A stretch of DNA of 50,442 nucleotides, taken from positions 1 to 50,442 of the forward strand of contig CAYYKI010000003.1 of NCBI GenBank assembly GCA_964440975.1, in the 5' to 3' direction. The number at the start of each line of letters is the position of its first letter. The stretch's first letter is position 1. The notes beneath the pieces were generated by a model. It did no database searches. It was not told the DNA's origin and worked only from the letters and a program-made list of their open reading frames with translations. Position numbers and translations under genes: made by a program. Source of the DNA: an uncultured Candidatus Saccharibacteria bacterium (GTDB lineage: Bacteria; Patescibacteriota; Saccharimonadia; Saccharimonadales; CAZNVG01). Of the stretch, positions 18,398 to 27,212 are shown piece after piece.

Positions 18398-21300
18398 GTG
18401 TCTACAGTTCTAAGTTCTTCCGATTTTGTGCATTTGCATAATCATACGCATTACAGCGTGCTTGATGGTCTTCAGAAAATTCCTTCTATGGTAGCTCGGG
18501 GTCAGGACCTTGGCATGGAAGCTATGGCTATAACAGATCATGGCACACTATCAGGAGCGATAGAATTCTACAAAGAAGCCACTGATAAAGGCCTCAAGCC
18601 AATAATAGGTATCGAGACTTACGTTGCTTCAAGAAAGCACACCGACAAGGACCCAGCAAAAGATAAAGGCCGCTTCCATCTTATACTCCTGGCTATGAAC
18701 AATACGGGGTACGAAAATTTGATGCGACTATCAACAATTGCAAATTTAGATGGCTTCTACCACAAACCACGTATTGACCACGATCTTTTAGAAAAGTATA
18801 ACGAGGGACTTATATGTCTGTCTGGTTGTATAGGTGGTGAAGTTGGCGATGCGCTACGCAACGGACAGGATGAACTAGCAGAGGAAATCGTTACATGGTA
18901 TAAAAACCTATTTGGCGACAGATATTACCTCGAGATCCAGGACCACGGCCACAGATGGGAAGAGCAGCGCGTTGTAAACGATAAGCTATTGACGATCTCA
19001 CAGAAACTCAGTGTTCCTGCTGTGGTCACCTGTGACGCTCACTATTCTGTGCATGATGATCAGGAGGCACACGAAATTCTTCTGTGTGTACAGACCGGTG
19101 CTTTTCTAACTGATACGGATCGAATGAGTCTTACGGACACTGATCTGTATCTCACATCACCTAGTGAGGTGATTGAGCGCTGGAAAGAACATCCTGAACT
19201 CATATCAAACACAAAGGCAATTGCAGATAGATGTGACGTCACCATTGAGATTGGTAAAATCCTAATTCCTACATTTGTTGTGCCAGAAGGTGAGTCAGAA
19301 AAAAGCACGCTTATAAAAAACGTCTACCGCGGACTGGCGTGGAGATATACCGAGATTAATGAAGCAGACGCTCAAAACTTAGATACAACAGCTGCTAAGA
19401 AAATGCTTAGTAAGGAAGTTATCGAACGAGCAGAGTATGAGTTGAAAGTCATTGATACTATGGGCTTCTGTGGTTACTTTTTAATCGTCTCCGACTTTAT
19501 AGGATGGGGCAAAAATCAGGGCATAGTGTTTGGCCCGGGACGTGGATCTGCCGCAGGCTCAATAGTTTCATACGCACTAAAGATTACCGACTTAGACCCT
19601 ATCGAGCACGATTTACTGTTTGAGAGGTTTTTGAATCCAGATCGAATTTCGATGCCTGATATTGATATTGATATCCAAGATACTCGACGGGATGAAGTAA
19701 TTCAGTATTGTGTAGAAAAGTACGGGCAGGATCGTGTGGCGAATATAGTGACGTTTGGCACAATGGCTGCACGAAATGCAATTAGAGATGTCGCCCGTGT
19801 ACTGCAAGTACCCTATGCAGATACCGACTATTTGGCCAAATTAGTGCCACCACCAGTACAGGGTCGCCACATACCCCTTAAAATCTCGGTTCAAGAAGAC
19901 CCTACACTTCGTCACGAATACGAACAGAACGAAACCGCCAAGCGCGTGATAGATTTGGCAATGCGCTTAGAAGGTACTATTCGATCGCACGGTGTTCATG
20001 CTGCTGGCGTCGTCATTGCACCAGACGACTTGGTTAAGTTTGCTCCACTCGAAATGGCCCAGAAAGGTGTCGTGACCACGCAATACTCAATGGGTATTGT
20101 TGAAGATTTGGGACTGCTAAAAATGGACTTTTTGGGGTTATCAAACTTAACAATCATTAAGAACGCTCTGCGCATTATTAAGCGCGTACATGATGAAGAC
20201 ATCGATATCGGCAAACTACCGCTTGACGACAAGCCCACATTTGAATTGTTGGGTAGAGGCGAGACTACTGGTGTCTTTCAGCTTGAATCTAATGGCATGA
20301 AACGATACCTTCGTGAGCTCAAGCCAACTGTTTTTGATGATGTTATAGCCATGGTTGCGCTGTACAGACCAGGGCCACTCACTGCAGGCCTAACGCAAAA
20401 GTTTATAGATCGCAAGAATGGCCGTGAACCGGTCAATTTTGAACACGAAAAAATGAAGTCAGCTCTCGGCGGCACATACGGTGTGCTCGTTTATCAAGAG
20501 CAAGTTATGCAAATCGCTAAAGACATGTGTGGCTTCACTGGTGGTCAGGCAGATACACTCCGCAAAGCAATTGGTAAGAAAAAGCGCGACGTGATGGACA
20601 AGATGAAGAAAGACTTCATTAACGGTGCGGTCGAGCACTCAGGGGCAAAAAAAGAATTTGTCGCCAAGTTCTGGAAAGACCTGGAAGGATTTGCCGACTA
20701 TGCCTTTAATAAAAGTCACGCTGCCTGTTACGCACTTATATCCTACTGGACCGCCTACCTAAAAGCCCACTATCCAGCGGCGTTTATGGCCGCCCTCATG
20801 ACCAGTGACTATGACGACATCGATCGCCTTGCAATAGAAATTAGCGAATGCAAAGCAATGGGCCTTACGGTGCTTCCGCCAGATATTAACCAGTCTTTTG
20901 CTGAGTTCGCTATCGTACCAGGCACAAACCAAGTCAGGTTTGGATTGTCCGCCATAAAAAACGTTGGCGTTGGCGCAGTCGAGACACTAGTTAAAGAACG
21001 CACCGAGGGTGGCGAGTTTAAAAGCCTCGAAGATTTCCTTAAGCGAGTAAGCACTCGTACTGTTAATAGAAAGGTATGGGAGAGCCTCATCAAGGCTGGA
21101 GCCTTTGATCGATTTGGTGACAGGAGCGATCTACTATTCACTCTAGACGATATGCTCGCCTTTGGGTCGAAGTACCAAAAAGATACAGCGAGCGGTCAGA
21201 TTGATTTATTTGGATCACTTGGAAAAGATGTAGTCATAGAAACCTCTCACCTAACACTCAAGCGAAACCCAAGTCCGGTAGAGCAAAAAGAGTGGTTGCA

Positions 21301-21988
21301 ATGGGAACGTGAGCTACTGGGTATTTATCTTTCTAGCCATCCACTCGAGTCGTATGAGGTTTTTCTCGCAGAGCAAGCAACACCAATCAATAAACTCGAT
21401 CCTGCTATGGACGGCAAAACGGCAACTATCGGCGGAATCGTGACGCAATTACGTGAAATCACGACTAAAAAAGGCGCCAAAATGGCCTTTGTAACTATCG
21501 CCGATTTAATTGGTGAACTTGAGATTATAGTTTTTCCAAATGCGTATAACGATAGTATAGATCTGTGGGAGAAGGACAAGGTTGTGCTCGTAAAGGGTAA
21601 GCTAAATAGCAAAGACCGTGATGGAAGAGCGACGCAAGAACTAAAACTACTTGTTGATGAAGCCAGTGAAGTAACTAGTGAGCTGCTCAACAACTATCAG
21701 CCAACTGGTAAATATGCTAAGGTACCCAAAAAATCCGAAATCTCAGAGCCAGATTCACAGCACCACAGCACCGTCTACATGCAGATCCCTAATATTGAAG
21801 ACCAAGCTAAACTGGGTGCCATCAAGCTGCTGCTAGAGCAACATCCTGGCACCCAACACGCCGTAGTAGTAATTGGCACAAACGACAGTAAAAAGGCAGT
21901 GCGGCTGCCTTTTGGGGTTACTATTAGTGCGGACATGAAAAATAGTTTAGAGCAGCTACTTGGTAAAGAGTGCGTTGTGCTACGTTAG
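18398..21988 (+). CDS. dnaE: DNA polymerase III alpha subunit
   Basis: PHP domain HLHNHTHYSVLDG, palm/fingers motifs (GPGRGSAAGS, PDIDIDI) and an OB fold. GTG start with SD GGAGG. Confidence 0.96.
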   Translation: MSTVLSSSDFVHLHNHTHYSVLDGLQKIPSMVARGQDLGMEAMAITDHGTLSGAIEFYKEATDKGLKPIIGIETYVASRKHTDKDPAKDKGRFHLILLAMNNTGYENLMRLSTIANLDGFYHKPRIDHDLLEKYNEGLICLSGCIGGEVGDALRNGQDELAEEIVTWYKNLFGDRYYLEIQDHGHRWEEQRVVNDKLLTISQKLSVPAVVTCDAHYSVHDDQEAHEILLCVQTGAFLTDTDRMSLTDTDLYLTSPSEVIERWKEHPELISNTKAIADRCDVTIEIGKILIPTFVVPEGESEKSTLIKNVYRGLAWRYTEINEADAQNLDTTAAKKMLSKEVIERAEYELKVIDTMGFCGYFLIVSDFIGWGKNQGIVFGPGRGSAAGSIVSYALKITDLDPIEHDLLFERFLNPDRISMPDIDIDIQDTRRDEVIQYCVEKYGQDRVANIVTFGTMAARNAIRDVARVLQVPYADTDYLAKLVPPPVQGRHIPLKISVQEDPTLRHEYEQNETAKRVIDLAMRLEGTIRSHGVHAAGVVIAPDDLVKFAPLEMAQKGVVTTQYSMGIVEDLGLLKMDFLGLSNLTIIKNALRIIKRVHDEDIDIGKLPLDDKPTFELLGRGETTGVFQLESNGMKRYLRELKPTVFDDVIAMVALYRPGPLTAGLTQKFIDRKNGREPVNFEHEKMKSALGGTYGVLVYQEQVMQIAKDMCGFTGGQADTLRKAIGKKKRDVMDKMKKDFINGAVEHSGAKKEFVAKFWKDLEGFADYAFNKSHAACYALISYWTAYLKAHYPAAFMAALMTSDYDDIDRLAIEISECKAMGLTVLPPDINQSFAEFAIVPGTNQVRFGLSAIKNVGVGAVETLVKERTEGGEFKSLEDFLKRVSTRTVNRKVWESLIKAGAFDRFGDRSDLLFTLDDMLAFGSKYQKDTASGQIDLFGSLGKDVVIETSHLTLKRNPSPVEQKEWLQWERELLGIYLSSHPLESYEVFLAEQATPINKLDPAMDGKTATIGGIVTQLREITTKKGAKMAFVTIADLIGELEIIVFPNAYNDSIDLWEKDKVVLVKGKLNSKDRDGRATQELKLLVDEASEVTSELLNNYQPTGKYAKVPKKSEISEPDSQHHSTVYMQIPNIEDQAKLGAIKLLLEQHPGTQHAVVVIGTNDSKKAVRLPFGVTISADMKNSLEQLLGKECVVLR

Positions 21989-23004
21989 CGTATAAAACCA
22001 GTTGTTCCCAAAAACATTAAAAGCATAGCGACAGTGAGTAAGCTAATCTCTACCGCTGGATGGGTAAGAACAAACTCTTCCCCCTCTACAACTGCACGTT
22101 TGAAAGCAATCGTATGCTTAACTGCCATCCAGGCCATGGCAACCATAGTTGACAGGAGTGACGTATATGCTGTCCACTTCAGGCCACCACGGGCTACTCT
22201 TGAAAGCACGGAATTATTGAGCGTAACTGGTTGCGAAAGTGAGTTCTGGGAAGTGTACGCCTGTTGTGGTTGCTCAGTTTTATCGGGCTCATTATTAGGT
22301 TCCGGAGAACCGGTAGGCAGTTCAGGCTGCGGAACAGGTGTTGGGGTAGGTGCAGGGGTAGGAGTCGTACTTGGTGCTGTCGGAGTGGGTGTTGGGGTAG
22401 GCGTTGGGGTTGTCTTAGGAGTCGTTGGGGCTGGGTTGGTTGTGTTTGCTGTAGCAGCCTGACCGTACATTGCCACGACAACGGTGTTTTCTCCACCTTG
22501 ATATGAAGCACCATTCGCAACTCCAAAGCCAACATCTTTGTAATTAGCATCTAATACATTCGCGCGATGCCCGGCGCTATTCATCCAGCCATTCACAACA
22601 CCATCACTTGTTAGATAGCCGTAGGCTAAGTTTTCGCCAGCCTTGGTATATGAATAGCCAGCCGCACTTATAAAAGTCCAAGGAGTGTTTCCTTCTGGCG
22701 TGTTATGTGACCAGTAGTTGCGAGCAATCATATCGTTTGCCTTTGCCTGGGCAGCACTAGCAAGCTGGCTATTTAGTGATAGTGGCGCTAACCCATTTGC
22801 GGAACGCTGATTATTCTGCGAACTTTGTAATCCCGATACCGAAATATTGGTAGCATATGGCAATACTTTGCCGGTTTGTGAAAGATTGGTAACTACCTGA
22901 AAGCCAATTGACGTTAAAAGCAAACCGATAACACCATAGGTATTCAGCAGGGTAGAGAGTCGTCTCTTCCGGTATGTGCGGCGTTTACTTGTTTTTATTG
23001 GCAT
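21985..23004 (-). CDS. CAP/SCP (YkwD-like) domain membrane protein with Pro/Thr-rich linker
   Basis: N-terminal signal-anchor; CAP motifs (NYWSHNTPEG...GENLAYGY...GWMNSAGHRANVL); a TPTPTP linker; two C-terminal TM helices. Confidence 0.8.
   Translation of the reverse strand: MPIKTSKRRTYRKRRLSTLLNTYGVIGLLLTSIGFQVVTNLSQTGKVLPYATNISVSGLQSSQNNQRSANGLAPLSLNSQLASAAQAKANDMIARNYWSHNTPEGNTPWTFISAAGYSYTKAGENLAYGYLTSDGVVNGWMNSAGHRANVLDANYKDVGFGVANGASYQGGENTVVVAMYGQAATANTTNPAPTTPKTTPTPTPTPTPTAPSTTPTPAPTPTPVPQPELPTGSPEPNNEPDKTEQPQQAYTSQNSLSQPVTLNNSVLSRVARGGLKWTAYTSLLSTMVAMAWMAVKHTIAFKRAVVEGEEFVLTHPAVEISLLTVAMLLMFLGTTGFIR
22325..22445 (-). repeat. Low-complexity Pro/Thr-coding tract with an internal 14-nt direct repeat
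   Basis: GGTGTTGGGGTAGG occurs at 22337-22350 and 22388-22401 (plus strand). The tract encodes TPTPTPTPTP...TPTPAPTPTP in the CAP-domain protein. Confidence 0.7.
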
Positions 23005-23022
23005 AACATTACTCTAATGCTT

Positions 23023-23050
23023 AGTATACGACCAAGCTAGCCGTTTGCAA
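23023..23050 (-). promoter_or_regulatory. Sigma70-like promoter for the CAP-domain gene
   Basis: On the minus strand: TTGCAA (23045-23050), 16-nt spacer, TATACT (23023-23028). Confidence 0.4.
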
Positions 23051-23064
23051 ACTGCCTATGACGG

Positions 23065-24528
23065 CTATTTCTTCGTGGTGGGAGCTGCAGATCCGCCAAG
23101 GATATAGTACAAAGCCCCTAAGGTAGCGATGCCAATTACCCACCAGTACCACTGGTTGGAACTGTCTGTCTTAGCTAGGCTATCGTTTTTATTATCCTGG
23201 CTACTTTGATTGTCTTCTTGTACTGCGGGTGTCGCTTCTCCCTGCGCTGGCTCTGATGTATCAGTTTGAGCAAACGTTTCGTTAGCGTTTGTTGCGGCCG
23301 ACACAATGCTACTTACAGCACTCACTAAAGTCGTGCTCGCACTACTGCTCGCAGACGAGCCACTTCCCGCGCCCGGTGCGACATAACGGAGTACATTGCT
23401 CCGAAGCGTAATCCCGACAAGATATAGCCCTGCAGGATTTTGCGGCGTCGGAACGCCAGGTTCGCGAGCAACAATGCTAAAGAGCGTGTTACTGGCTTTG
23501 GGATCTAGATTAACTACTCCCGCTGGTATCGTCCAGGTGCCATCACCGTTATTCGTTGCACTGTAGGATTGCCCATTAACGCGAACGGTGACCACATATG
23601 TTGGATCAGCAACGGTGCCACTTAGCGCTGGCGAAGTAAGATTTGTGGTTACATCATTTATGTCAACCGACTGGCTCCGTGGCTGAATAAGCATGTTAAT
23701 GACATGCAGTAGGCTAGCTCCGTTAACGCTATTATCCGCATTTACTACTTTACTTTCTGCGTTTACTGCCACCGTCCCTTCTTTTGGCTCAACAGTTAGT
23801 GGCAAGTTATCCGGATTTTCTGGCTGCACTTGTACCTCGCCCGTTATGTCCGTAGAGGCAACGGGTCCAGCCAAAATATGGGTTGCCAATACCGCACAAA
23901 GCTCATCAGGATTTGCTTGCAAGCTAGCAAGTTCACCGACGGGAATAGCCTGTAACGCCTCATTGTTTGGACCAAAAACAGTAACTTGTCCGTTATCTTG
24001 GAGTGCTTTTGTTACGAGACACTCGCTTGGATCCAGTACAGAAACGGTACTAATTACACTCGCAAACAACTCGGTTTCAGGTATTACGAGCGAGTAGGGC
24101 GTAAACGTAAAGTCGGTAACGTTTGACAAGTTATCGGTAACGCTTACTCGAATGTCTACTGAAGGGTCGGTCAGACTAGGGCTGACAGTAGTACCGTCTT
24201 TGGTGAGCTGTACCGACCAGTTGCCGCCAGCGAGCACCGCTTGTATCACTGGACTAACTGGTGTAACTCCATTAGATAAGAACTGTACACTCACTGAGCT
24301 TACGCCGTCGGCATCGTTCACCGTTCCGCTCACAAGGCTTGTGTTATATATTGTTGCTCCCGGCGCGACCCCGATAGTCGCACTACTAGGCTGGTCTATT
24401 GCGTAGGCGCTAGCTGCTGGCAGAATCGCCATAACACTACCACCGCCCAATACAAACGCAGTTACAATACTCGTACTTTTTATTACTAGCCTTTTAATAT
24501 TTACACGGCGTGTAGAAAACCAAGCCAT
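23065..24528 (-). CDS. Secreted cell-surface protein with a FAS1 (fasciclin) domain, Ig-like domains and a C-terminal anchor
   Basis: Signal peptide (...AASAYA); FAS1 motif (TVFGPNNEALQAIP...LATHILAG); an Ig-like segment (NGQSYSATNNGDGTWTIPAG); a Ser-rich linker; then LAKTD, a hydrophobic helix and a KK tail. Confidence 0.8.
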   Translation of the reverse strand: MAWFSTRRVNIKRLVIKSTSIVTAFVLGGGSVMAILPAASAYAIDQPSSATIGVAPGATIYNTSLVSGTVNDADGVSSVSVQFLSNGVTPVSPVIQAVLAGGNWSVQLTKDGTTVSPSLTDPSVDIRVSVTDNLSNVTDFTFTPYSLVIPETELFASVISTVSVLDPSECLVTKALQDNGQVTVFGPNNEALQAIPVGELASLQANPDELCAVLATHILAGPVASTDITGEVQVQPENPDNLPLTVEPKEGTVAVNAESKVVNADNSVNGASLLHVINMLIQPRSQSVDINDVTTNLTSPALSGTVADPTYVVTVRVNGQSYSATNNGDGTWTIPAGVVNLDPKASNTLFSIVAREPGVPTPQNPAGLYLVGITLRSNVLRYVAPGAGSGSSASSSASTTLVSAVSSIVSAATNANETFAQTDTSEPAQGEATPAVQEDNQSSQDNKNDSLAKTDSSNQWYWWVIGIATLGALYYILGGSAAPTTKK

Positions 24529-24576
24529 ATACCCTCCGTTATTAACTTCAATCCCACCCGTGTTTGCTGTATCACT

Positions 24577-24605
24577 ACTATACGGTGCATTTGCGAAACT
24601 GGCAA
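24577..24605 (-). promoter_or_regulatory. Strong sigma70-like promoter for the FAS1 surface-protein gene
   Basis: On the minus strand: TTGCCA (24600-24605), 17-nt spacer, TATAGT (24577-24582). The leader carries SD GGAGGG. Confidence 0.5.
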
Positions 24606-24610
24606 TTCGT

Positions 24611-25129
24611 TCAAGCCGTACTGTGGATAACTTTGTTAGCCAGTGTATACAGAACTATCGCAGCCGCGGATGAAACATTAAGAGACTCTTTCTTGCCATG
24701 CATTGGGATTTCAACCTGCGTATCAGCAAGCTGGAGCGTCTGGGGATCAATACCATGCGGTTCATTTCCAAAGATGACTGCTGTTCTTGGTTTTGGCTGC
24801 CAATCTTCAAGCATGGTACTTCCCGTTCCTTGTTCACAGGCTACAATTTCGTAATCCTTGTCTCGCAAGCCACCAATGATCTCTACTAGTTCTCCGTGAA
24901 CAACATCGATTAACGTTTCGGCACCTAGGCTCGTCTTTGCGATAGAGGCGGTTTGTCGCTTAATGATATGCGGCAAACGGTTATCGTCAGATTGTTTTGG
25001 ATATGGTGTATGGCCGGTGCAATAAACCTTTAAGTCACCCATGCAGGCGGCGGTACGAATTATCGAACCCACATTTTGTATAGAGCGAAGGTTGTGGAGT
25101 ATTACAACTGGCTTGTCCATACGTCGCAT
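24611..25129 (-). CDS. SpoU/TrmH-family RNA 2'-O-methyltransferase
   Basis: NVGSIIRTA, IFGNEPHGI and IPMHG...SLNVSSAAAIVLY (SPOUT motifs 1-3). Length 172 aa. Confidence 0.88.
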   Translation of the reverse strand: MRRMDKPVVILHNLRSIQNVGSIIRTAACMGDLKVYCTGHTPYPKQSDDNRLPHIIKRQTASIAKTSLGAETLIDVVHGELVEIIGGLRDKDYEIVACEQGTGSTMLEDWQPKPRTAVIFGNEPHGIDPQTLQLADTQVEIPMHGKKESLNVSSAAAIVLYTLANKVIHSTA

Positions 25130-25227
25130 AATAGCGATACCGCATCTCTAATGTAAAGCGGAGCGTCCAACCCTTTATTGTTACTTTGACGGCTGTTCAC
25201 TCGTCGCCAGACAAAGCGTAAGTATCA

Positions 25228-25236
25228 TGCTACTAT
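25228..25236 (+). promoter_or_regulatory. Extended -10 promoter for pilB
   Basis: TGcTACTAT lies 6 nt upstream of ATG 25243. Confidence 0.4.
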
Positions 25237-25242
25237 CATTGT

Positions 25243-26859
25243 ATGAATCCGGATGAAAATCAGGCAAAGTTTAGAATTGGCGAAGAAGAAACGACTCAAC
25301 GCAGAGCAGGCCTGCTTGGCATGCCGTACGTCGATACCAGCAAGCTACTCGAGAAAGAAATATACCAGGATATTCTTGAGGTAAGCGAGATGCGCAAGCT
25401 GAAGGTAGTTCCACTGGAGCATTACAAAGGGTATATAAAATTTGGTGTCACAATTACAACACCGCAACAAGCCATTGGTCAGCTTAGACAGCGATTTTCT
25501 GATAATCAAATCAACTACGCAATGATTTCTGAAGCGGGATTCAGAGAATACATGCTCATTTATGATCCGCCAAAAAAAGTTGAATATAAAGATATTGCAA
25601 TTGGAGAAGGCAGCGAAGATTTAATTCAAGAAGTCTCGGAGACCATTGGCCAGGTACGGTCCGACGATATATTTGCTTATCTGGTTCAGCAGGCTCATCG
25701 CTTAAGTGCTTCGGATATTCATTTGGAGTCTCAAAAAGATAACGTACGAGTGCGTATTAGGGTAGATGGAGTTCTACATACTATTGCACGACTAACGGCA
25801 GATAAATATCGTACCCTCATTGGCACTATTGCAGTTGCCGGCAATATATCTACCAATTCACTTGAAGCACAGCAAGGACATATAGCTCGAAATGTAACCA
25901 TGGCAGATGGGACTGAAGTGCAGATAAATATGCGTCTAGAAACGGTGCCAACTGTGTTTGGGATGGATATAGTGATGCGACTATTTAACATGTCGGCAGA
26001 TATGTACAATCTGGATAGACTTGGCTTGAGTAAGCCACAGCGGTCAGTTGTTGATGAGATCATCAATAAGCCTACCGGACTTGTAATGGTTGTTGGACCG
26101 ACTGGCTCCGGTAAAACCACTACGCTGTACTCGATGCTTAATTCGTTGAATACAGACGAACGAAAAATCATAACCTTGGAAGACCCAGTTGAATACCAGT
26201 TTCCAGGCATTAGTCAAGTAAGCCTCGCAACTCGTTCGACAACAGAACTTGCGTTTGCGGACCATTTACGGGCTGTGCTTCGTCTTGATCCAGATATCGT
26301 AATGATTGGTGAGATTCGTGACATGGATACCGCAAAGACGGCATTACAGGCCTCACTCACGGGACATCTAGTCCTAGCAACATTCCACGCCGGATCCTCA
26401 TCTGCTGCATTAACACGCCTTATGGACGTTATAGGTGAAAACCCGTTGTTTTTGTCCGCTATTCGGCTTGTCATGGCGCAACGCCTGATACGCAAGCTCG
26501 ATGATGCAACCAAAGTCCCATATACTCCAGACGAAGCAACAAAGAAACAGCTCAGAGATATACTTACTACTATGCCTAAGGATTTTAAACAGCCCGACCT
26601 ACAGCAACTAAAACTCTATAAACCCGGCAAGTCTAAGGAGAATCCATTCGGATACAGTGGGCAAATAGCTATTCGTGAGCAACTACAAGTAAGTGAACCA
26701 CTTCGCGATTTACTCATGCAGCCAGCTACAACACTGTCTACGCAAAAAATTGAAGAAACAGCCCAGGCCGCTGGCATGACCACTATGCTACAGAATGGAA
26801 TTGAATTTGTCCTTGCCGGCCAAACAAGCCTCGAAGAAGTTTTTAGAGTCGTCGGATAA
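25243..26859 (+). CDS. pilB: Type IV pilus assembly / type II secretion ATPase (PilB/GspE family)
   Basis: Walker A GPTGSGKTTT, Asp box, Walker B DPDIVMIGEIRD and His box GHLVLATFH. The usual C-terminal CxxC...CxxC zinc site is absent. Confidence 0.9.
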   Translation: MNPDENQAKFRIGEEETTQRRAGLLGMPYVDTSKLLEKEIYQDILEVSEMRKLKVVPLEHYKGYIKFGVTITTPQQAIGQLRQRFSDNQINYAMISEAGFREYMLIYDPPKKVEYKDIAIGEGSEDLIQEVSETIGQVRSDDIFAYLVQQAHRLSASDIHLESQKDNVRVRIRVDGVLHTIARLTADKYRTLIGTIAVAGNISTNSLEAQQGHIARNVTMADGTEVQINMRLETVPTVFGMDIVMRLFNMSADMYNLDRLGLSKPQRSVVDEIINKPTGLVMVVGPTGSGKTTTLYSMLNSLNTDERKIITLEDPVEYQFPGISQVSLATRSTTELAFADHLRAVLRLDPDIVMIGEIRDMDTAKTALQASLTGHLVLATFHAGSSSAALTRLMDVIGENPLFLSAIRLVMAQRLIRKLDDATKVPYTPDEATKKQLRDILTTMPKDFKQPDLQQLKLYKPGKSKENPFGYSGQIAIREQLQVSEPLRDLLMQPATTLSTQKIEETAQAAGMTTMLQNGIEFVLAGQTSLEEVFRVVG

Positions 26860-26915
26860 ATATTGAACTATCCGTTTTGCTTGCGTAGCACACACGCGCG
26901 ACGTATTGTTTTGTT

Positions 26916-27212
26916 ATGAAGTCAGAACCGCACGAACCAAGCGCTTGCTTACGAGACCCGGACACTGAAGGCATATGTGACGGTAGCATGGCCGAGGCTC
27001 ATCTAGTAGGTATTGACGAAGAGATGTCGAGAGACTTAGTGGTTCGTTGTCGAGTATGCGCCCAAGAGGTTATCAGACGCGTGGTTGATAGGAGGGCCTA
27101 CATTCGACTTATTGAGTCGGGCATTAGCGAAACGATAGTTCACCTTAAGCCCTTGGCGCGAACACTGCGGCTACCGCTGGGACAAGACGATCATCCATCG
27201 GAGACGGAATAA
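26916..27212 (+). CDS. Hypothetical small acidic Cys-containing protein (98 aa)
   Basis: It is the only ORF in a 285-nt convergent gap. It is preceded by TTGCGT (26881-26886), a 17-nt spacer and TATTGT (26904-26909), then 6 nt to the ATG. Has C-x9-C...CxxC. Its 3' end overlaps the malic enzyme 3' end by 68 nt. Confidence 0.35.
   Translation: MKSEPHEPSACLRDPDTEGICDGSMAEAHLVGIDEEMSRDLVVRCRVCAQEVIRRVVDRRAYIRLIESGISETIVHLKPLARTLRLPLGQDDHPSETE

Noticed and set aside
22337-22440. A cluster of GGGG runs on the plus strand, considered as a potential G-quadruplex.
   Set aside because: The loop lengths between G-runs (8 to 17 nt or more) do not fit a canonical G3+N1-7 motif. The runs are simply the complement of the Pro (CCC/CCA) and Thr codons of the PT linker.
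22034-22506. Plus-strand ORFs (142 aa and 80 aa) rich in Gly/Val across 22034-22506.
   Set aside because: They are antisense translations of the Pro/Thr-rich linker of the CAP-domain gene. This is a low-complexity artefact.
26860-27144. The 285-nt convergent gap, considered as a structured RNA gene (tmRNA, RNase P RNA, SRP RNA or 6S).
   Set aside because: On neither strand could I find hallmark motifs. There is no tRNA-like acceptor/T-arm end for tmRNA, no GAGGAAAGUCC-type P4 for RNase P and no GGAA/AGCA domain IV motif for SRP RNA. A promoter-equipped ORF explains the region better. An Rfam scan is still worthwhile.
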